64,000 nucleotides of DNA. Origin: a virus. Its lineage: Duplodnaviria; Caudoviricetes. Shown in pieces: positions 58,952-64,000 of the stretch. The position numbers and the translations under genes are program-made. The notes beneath the pieces were generated by a model. It saw nothing but the letters and a program-made list of their open reading frames with translations, was not told where the DNA came from and searched no databases. Location: IMG/VR virus record IMGVR_UViG_3300037067_004891, positions 160,001 through 224,000 of that record. One strand, given 5' to 3'. Each line of letters opens with the position of its first letter. The stretch's first letter is position 1.

Positions 58952-61042
58952 TTAATTGTTAATTTTTGATTTAAGAATATTTACTTCTTCTTTTAAATTT
59001 TTAATAATTTCATTTTGTTCTTGCATAGCTTTAACCAAAACTGCACTGAGGGTATTATAACTTACACCTTTTATAGAATCACCAATAGTTGGTGGTATTA
59101 ATTCTGGGATAACAATTTCAACTTCTTGTGCAATCAAACCAATTTTCTTAGATTTATCATCACCATTCTTAAAATTAAAATAAACTGGATTCAATTTAAT
59201 AATTTTATCAAGAGCATTTTCAAATGTTGATATATTTTCTTTTTCTCGGATATCTGAGATTGAAATCCAATCGGTCGCTTCACCAACACCATTAACTTTT
59301 AAACGTCTATTACTTGTGTTACTATTAGTGCCTATTAATACATTACCTCTTGCAGTTGAACTATAATATTGCATTATAATATCACCTCTTATACCGTTTG
59401 TAATCCCACCGTTTCCACCATTTCCAGTGAATATATTAATATTTCCGCTGTTTCCACCATAACGACCAGTGGAATGACCACCAGTTCCAGTTTGAAGTAT
59501 TAAATCACCACTATTTCCACCATTACCGCCATATATGGTATCTGTACCACCAGCAGTACCACCATTACCAGTATAGAAACTTAATATACCACTTGTAGCA
59601 CCATCCCCACCATATACTGGATATATATCATCAGTTCCACCCGCACCACCAACTAAAGTATATATAACTATATCACCTGATGAAAAACCAGGATTAATTC
59701 CAACTAAACCAGTAGTTCCAGCTCCAGCTCTTATATTAATATCTTGTTGTGCTTGATTATGATATAATGTACCAGTCGAATCATCATTGAAATATATACC
59801 GCCATTGAAATATACATAATTCGAATTGTATGGAAAATAAAACACTGCACTATTTGTACCTGATTGTCTTCTATAAAATATAACGTTATCAATTGGTGTT
59901 AATGCAGATGGTGTATTGTCACCATTATAAATAATACCGCCACCATTGGATATACTTTCACCTACATATAAATATCCAGTACCAGCACTTGGGCCGTATG
60001 CTTCAAAACCAGCTATATAACTACTATTAGCTAATGTTCTTATAACTGAATTAGCTGCTCTTGATGTTTTACCAACATTAAATACTCCATCTATTAATGT
60101 TGTAGATGTACCAATATTCAATGTAGTATTAACATTCAAATCATTATCAATTGTTACAGTACCAACATTATTTATTGTAATATAACTCGTACCACTAAAC
60201 GAAGAACCTCTCGATATTAAAAAATTATCTAAATTGTTAACTCCTGTATACCAATAATTAGCAGCAGAATTATGATATTTATACATCATAGTAACACCAT
60301 ACGCACCATTGTCAATATTATTCAAAGTTATACTTGGTGTGACTCCACCAGTAAAATGATTCACTACTATTTGATCAGAATGTGTTGTTACACCACTTAA
60401 TGTAGATGTAGTATCAGCTAATAATGTGGTTCTGACTCTTAATGAACCATTTATATCCAACGTTGCAGTTGGTGAATCAACATTTATACCAACTGAATTA
60501 CTCAAATCTGGTCTAACTATAACACCAGTATTAAAAATATTATTACCAAATCTCAATGGTGATAACACCAAAAGTATTTCATTATAATTATAAATAGAAC
60601 TTGTTGTTGGATCAATTGTAATTCTATCTGACGATGTATTATAAAAATGACTATCTCCAAAAACAGTTAATTTAGCAGTTATAGAAGCACCACTTAAACC
60701 AATTCCAACGTTTCCAACTGGTGGATTATACCATATACCTGTTGCACCAGATGTCCATATATTAGCAACACCAATTAAATAATCAGCAAAATTTATCCAA
60801 GATGAACCACTAAGTTGATATGTAGTCATCTGATTTCCTCTTTCAGCAGATGAACGCACAGTAATTAACATACCAGTTTCTGTGCGTAGGGGATAATTTG
60901 ATACTAAATTGTTTCTATCAGTATCATAATCTACAACATGATGACCACCCTTTATATCACTCGAATTAACAACAGCATATTTATCTGCATCATCAAAAGT
61001 TTTAATTGTATCAACAACTAATGTTCCTGTATTTTTTGCCAT
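58952..61042 (-). CDS. tail fibre with C-terminal intramolecular chaperone (peptidase S74)
   Basis: Gly-rich shaft; SDIREKENI, GLIAQEV and terminal coiled coil. Confidence 0.85.
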   Translation of the reverse strand: MAKNTGTLVVDTIKTFDDADKYAVVNSSDIKGGHHVVDYDTDRNNLVSNYPLRTETGMLITVRSSAERGNQMTTYQLSGSSWINFADYLIGVANIWTSGATGIWYNPPVGNVGIGLSGASITAKLTVFGDSHFYNTSSDRITIDPTTSSIYNYNEILLVLSPLRFGNNIFNTGVIVRPDLSNSVGINVDSPTATLDINGSLRVRTTLLADTTSTLSGVTTHSDQIVVNHFTGGVTPSITLNNIDNGAYGVTMMYKYHNSAANYWYTGVNNLDNFLISRGSSFSGTSYITINNVGTVTIDNDLNVNTTLNIGTSTTLIDGVFNVGKTSRAANSVIRTLANSSYIAGFEAYGPSAGTGYLYVGESISNGGGIIYNGDNTPSALTPIDNVIFYRRQSGTNSAVFYFPYNSNYVYFNGGIYFNDDSTGTLYHNQAQQDINIRAGAGTTGLVGINPGFSSGDIVIYTLVGGAGGTDDIYPVYGGDGATSGILSFYTGNGGTAGGTDTIYGGNGGNSGDLILQTGTGGHSTGRYGGNSGNINIFTGNGGNGGITNGIRGDIIMQYYSSTARGNVLIGTNSNTSNRRLKVNGVGEATDWISISDIREKENISTFENALDKIIKLNPVYFNFKNGDDKSKKIGLIAQEVEIVIPELIPPTIGDSIKGVSYNTLSAVLVKAMQEQNEIIKNLKEEVNILKSKINN

Positions 61043-61059
61043 TTAAATATTTTTCTTTT

Positions 61060-62166
61060 TTAATTTATCACAACTGTAATATTACCTGTTAATAAATTTG
61101 CACTTCTATAAAAATAATACGAAGCATTATTACCACTATTATTAATATGAGATATAGTTGAAACGATGGGAACATTTTCAACACCACCAATAGTAAATGT
61201 CGATGTACCCCATGATACTGGGTATATATAATAAAAATATTGATTAGCACATACATATGTTATCGTTTTAACCCTTGTGGTTGATAATTCATTAGAAAGT
61301 GCATTTATTTGACCATCAGATAAGGTAGTCAATGTACCAACACCCCAATATCTTGAATATCTAAAATTAACAGTTGCTGTTGCTAATGCCGTTGCTAATT
61401 CCAAATCAGTACAATGCATAGTATAAGTTGTATTTGTTGTTAGACTAAGACTATTTATTACAATTGTACCAGATGTTGCGGGTGCAAAATTTGTAACAGG
61501 CGCACCAGTTCCTGTTATTGTTACAGAAGACATAATTTTATTAGTTGTCCAACCAACAGAAACAGATGTGACAGTTGAACCAATTTCAACAGCACCACCC
61601 GATGGTATTGAAATTGTTCCAGTAACAACAGGTAAAACATATAATAAACCATTTAAAGCTAATTCAATTGTAGTATAAGCTGGATAAGATTGATTTGTAT
61701 ATGTGATTTCAGTTGCAGTTAAATTATTACTATTATCAACTTTACCCCACACAACACCATTATGAATAGCCCAATCACCAGATTGCCACTCATTAATACC
61801 ATCCAAATTAGTATTACCAGATGTTCCAACAATCCAATACCAGCCCTGTTCAGGCATTGTTGATGGTGGATTGCCTATACTCGCATTCCATGTTCCTTGA
61901 TATATAACTGCACCAAGTATTGAGCTTGGTAAATCAGACACTCTTATTTTTCCACTAATTGGGTCTATTAGTGCTATTTCAGTTACACCAGTATTGGTTC
62001 TCGTCCATAACCTATAATCTACCATATTAAGAAAAAACTCACCTTTATAGATATCAGTATCTAACCAACCCAGAGTATGATCTTCAACAGCAGGTACAGT
62101 TGGTTCAATACCACTTATTTCACTATTTTTTATTAATAACCTCGCACCTTTTACTAATTTTGTCAT
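61060..62166 (-). CDS. putative tail/virion structural protein
   Basis: YQGTWNA...GDWAI..G..WGKVDN; Thr-rich. Confidence 0.6.
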   Translation of the reverse strand: MTKLVKGARLLIKNSEISGIEPTVPAVEDHTLGWLDTDIYKGEFFLNMVDYRLWTRTNTGVTEIALIDPISGKIRVSDLPSSILGAVIYQGTWNASIGNPPSTMPEQGWYWIVGTSGNTNLDGINEWQSGDWAIHNGVVWGKVDNSNNLTATEITYTNQSYPAYTTIELALNGLLYVLPVVTGTISIPSGGAVEIGSTVTSVSVGWTTNKIMSSVTITGTGAPVTNFAPATSGTIVINSLSLTTNTTYTMHCTDLELATALATATVNFRYSRYWGVGTLTTLSDGQINALSNELSTTRVKTITYVCANQYFYYIYPVSWGTSTFTIGGVENVPIVSTISHINNSGNNASYYFYRSANLLTGNITVVIN

Positions 62167-62183
62167 TTCATTTATTTTCTTTT

Positions 62184-64000
62184 TTATAATTCAACTTCAT
62201 TAGAATCAACAACATAATCTGTTGATTCATTCGGATCAACAACTAAAAACACTAAAAACGCATTTCCATCAAGAACATTATATTCGCCAAGATAAAAATC
62301 ATCAATTCGCTCAGTTTGATTAAAATATTCTGGATATAATAATTGTTTAGGAATCATTGTTTTTTTATCAACTCCAACATCTAATATTTCAATTGGTCGA
62401 TAAAAAAGATTCACATCATCTTCTATTTTATAAAAACGCAATATAAAATTTCTTGTGTTTGGTTTACTTTCTGATAATAAACCAAGTGTGTAAAATTTTA
62501 TATAATCATTATTATTCATTATCTCTCCATAATATAGATATATATTTTTTTTTACAAAGTCATTTTTGGAAATATAATAATCATAATCCTCATTCTTATA
62601 AACATCATACAAAATCTCAGATATGGACAATAATTCTTTAATATTTTTTATTTTCACAACGGTTTCCAATGATAAAAAATATTTCGGTTTTTCCAACCAT
62701 ACAATATTTTCGTCTATTTTAAGAATTAAGGTTTTTGTATATGTTGTTGTACCAGATATTTCCACATATGTATATGGATTGAAATTGACCAAATCATCAA
62801 TGTTGGTTATATTCAATTGTATTATATCTTTATCTAAATAAAATTGTGAAAATGATGTTATTTCATCATCATTATAAAGTATCATATCTGGTTTAAATAC
62901 TATACTTGTAACTCCTGATAGAAATTCATATAATTTATATCTTATGTATGAGTTTTGAGTAGTGAATTTACTCGTTGAACCACTATAAACAAATTCTAAT
63001 CCATCATAATCGAATTTTATATTATATTCATATTCAGTTGGTTGAAACAATATTTTAGTCTCGGTCATTGTTGAGATATCATTAACACTAAAAAATTTAC
63101 TTAAAAAAGAATTTTGTAATGAAACCACCAATCCTTCACTACTCAAATCTGAATATTGAATATTACGAATAATCCATGTTATATTTAATTGATTATTAAA
63201 ATCTTTTATAATCCATTCTGGCATCAAATCTGATATTGTCAATCCAGATGATGTTATATCAGTAACAAATGTATCAAACATCAATAAAAGTTTTTCTTCT
63301 CTTTTAATTTCTATTCTAATATAATCATCAATGTTAATAGGTATTGTTGGAAAAACAGAATTGTCCACAATAGTATTATATTTTTTAGAATATGGGTCTG
63401 TTATTAAAAAGTTTTTTATAGTATCAACAGTATATGGTTCATATGTAATAGAACCAGCTACATAAATCATATCAAATAATTGCATTTCACTTATAGATAA
63501 TAATGTCGAACCGTTATTAGTAGTTACATATAATCTATAAAACAAATACGGAACTGTATTATTTATAATAAATTCTCGATATGATCTGGTAGACCAAGCG
63601 ACTTGAGACATCTGAACATCCAAATTTATCCAATCTATATCATTATTAGATGCTTGAAATTTCCAATTTTTTGGACTTTTACTTTCATCATCTGTACATT
63701 CAATACTATATTTCCATATTATAATTGGTGTATTATAATTAAATTTTAACCAACCATTACTTGTATTACTTCTCCAAAATGTTGTATTATTATCATCAAA
63801 AGCTTTCCAAGTTTCAAAACCACTATAAAATGAGCCATTTGCCGAACATGACCCAGATATAGAAACATTACTCGTCATGGGTGGTATGCTATCTGATGTT
63901 CTTTTTAAATAATCATCGAATGGATTATATGTATCAGAAAATTGTATTGAATATGTTTTATTATAACGATTTAAATCAAAAGTATAACCAGTATTTAATG
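62184..64000 (-). CDS. virion protein with discoidin (F5/8 type C)-like domain (probably starts beyond window)
   Basis: AFD...W...PKNWKFQASN...W...YRL...ISEMQL; ORF track gives 62184-63878. Confidence 0.65.
   Translation of the reverse strand, partial: LNTGYTFDLNRYNKTYSIQFSDTYNPFDDYLKRTSDSIPPMTSNVSISGSCSANGSFYSGFETWKAFDDNNTTFWRSNTSNGWLKFNYNTPIIIWKYSIECTDDESKSPKNWKFQASNNDIDWINLDVQMSQVAWSTRSYREFIINNTVPYLFYRLYVTTNNGSTLLSISEMQLFDMIYVAGSITYEPYTVDTIKNFLITDPYSKKYNTIVDNSVFPTIPINIDDYIRIEIKREEKLLLMFDTFVTDITSSGLTISDLMPEWIIKDFNNQLNITWIIRNIQYSDLSSEGLVVSLQNSFLSKFFSVNDISTMTETKILFQPTEYEYNIKFDYDGLEFVYSGSTSKFTTQNSYIRYKLYEFLSGVTSIVFKPDMILYNDDEITSFSQFYLDKDIIQLNITNIDDLVNFNPYTYVEISGTTTYTKTLILKIDENIVWLEKPKYFLSLETVVKIKNIKELLSISEILYDVYKNEDYDYYISKNDFVKKNIYLYYGEIMNNNDYIKFYTLGLLSESKPNTRNFILRFYKIEDDVNLFYRPIEILDVGVDKKTMIPKQLLYPEYFNQTERIDDFYLGEYNVLDGNAFLVFLVVDPNESTDYVVDSNEVEL

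Noticed and set aside
1-64000. tRNA/rRNA genes and cas1/cas2
   Set aside because: None recognised by eye; tRNAscan-SE and HMM searches would be needed to exclude them

Overview
A very AT-rich, gene-dense segment of what is most likely a T4-like jumbo phage. Recurrent TAnnTTTG promoter elements and a lack of Shine-Dalgarno motifs point to a Bacteroidota host. It holds replication/recombination genes (NAD-dependent ligase, RuvC-like resolvase, UvsX/RecA, a gp41/DnaB helicase fractured by an atypical split intein, class II RNR with two inteins), auxiliary genes (PurA-like plus vWA, NADAR, DNA methyltransferase, peptide deformylase, DnaJ-domain protein), homing endonucleases, TnpB elements and a baseplate/tail module. 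The most striking feature is a dispersed cassette family. A ~110-130 aa gene of unknown function ends in a 36-nt sequence (encoding VSEHTKMRVDTT) that is also the first repeat of a CRISPR-like array with unique 29-32 nt spacers. There are three intact cassettes (2.6-3.1 kb, 20.6-21.35 kb, 47.7-48.4 kb) and a deleted fourth copy just upstream of a compact Cas12f-like gene, which has its own related 36-nt repeat array and a structured tracrRNA-like region. All assignments come from reading motifs by eye; no searches were run.
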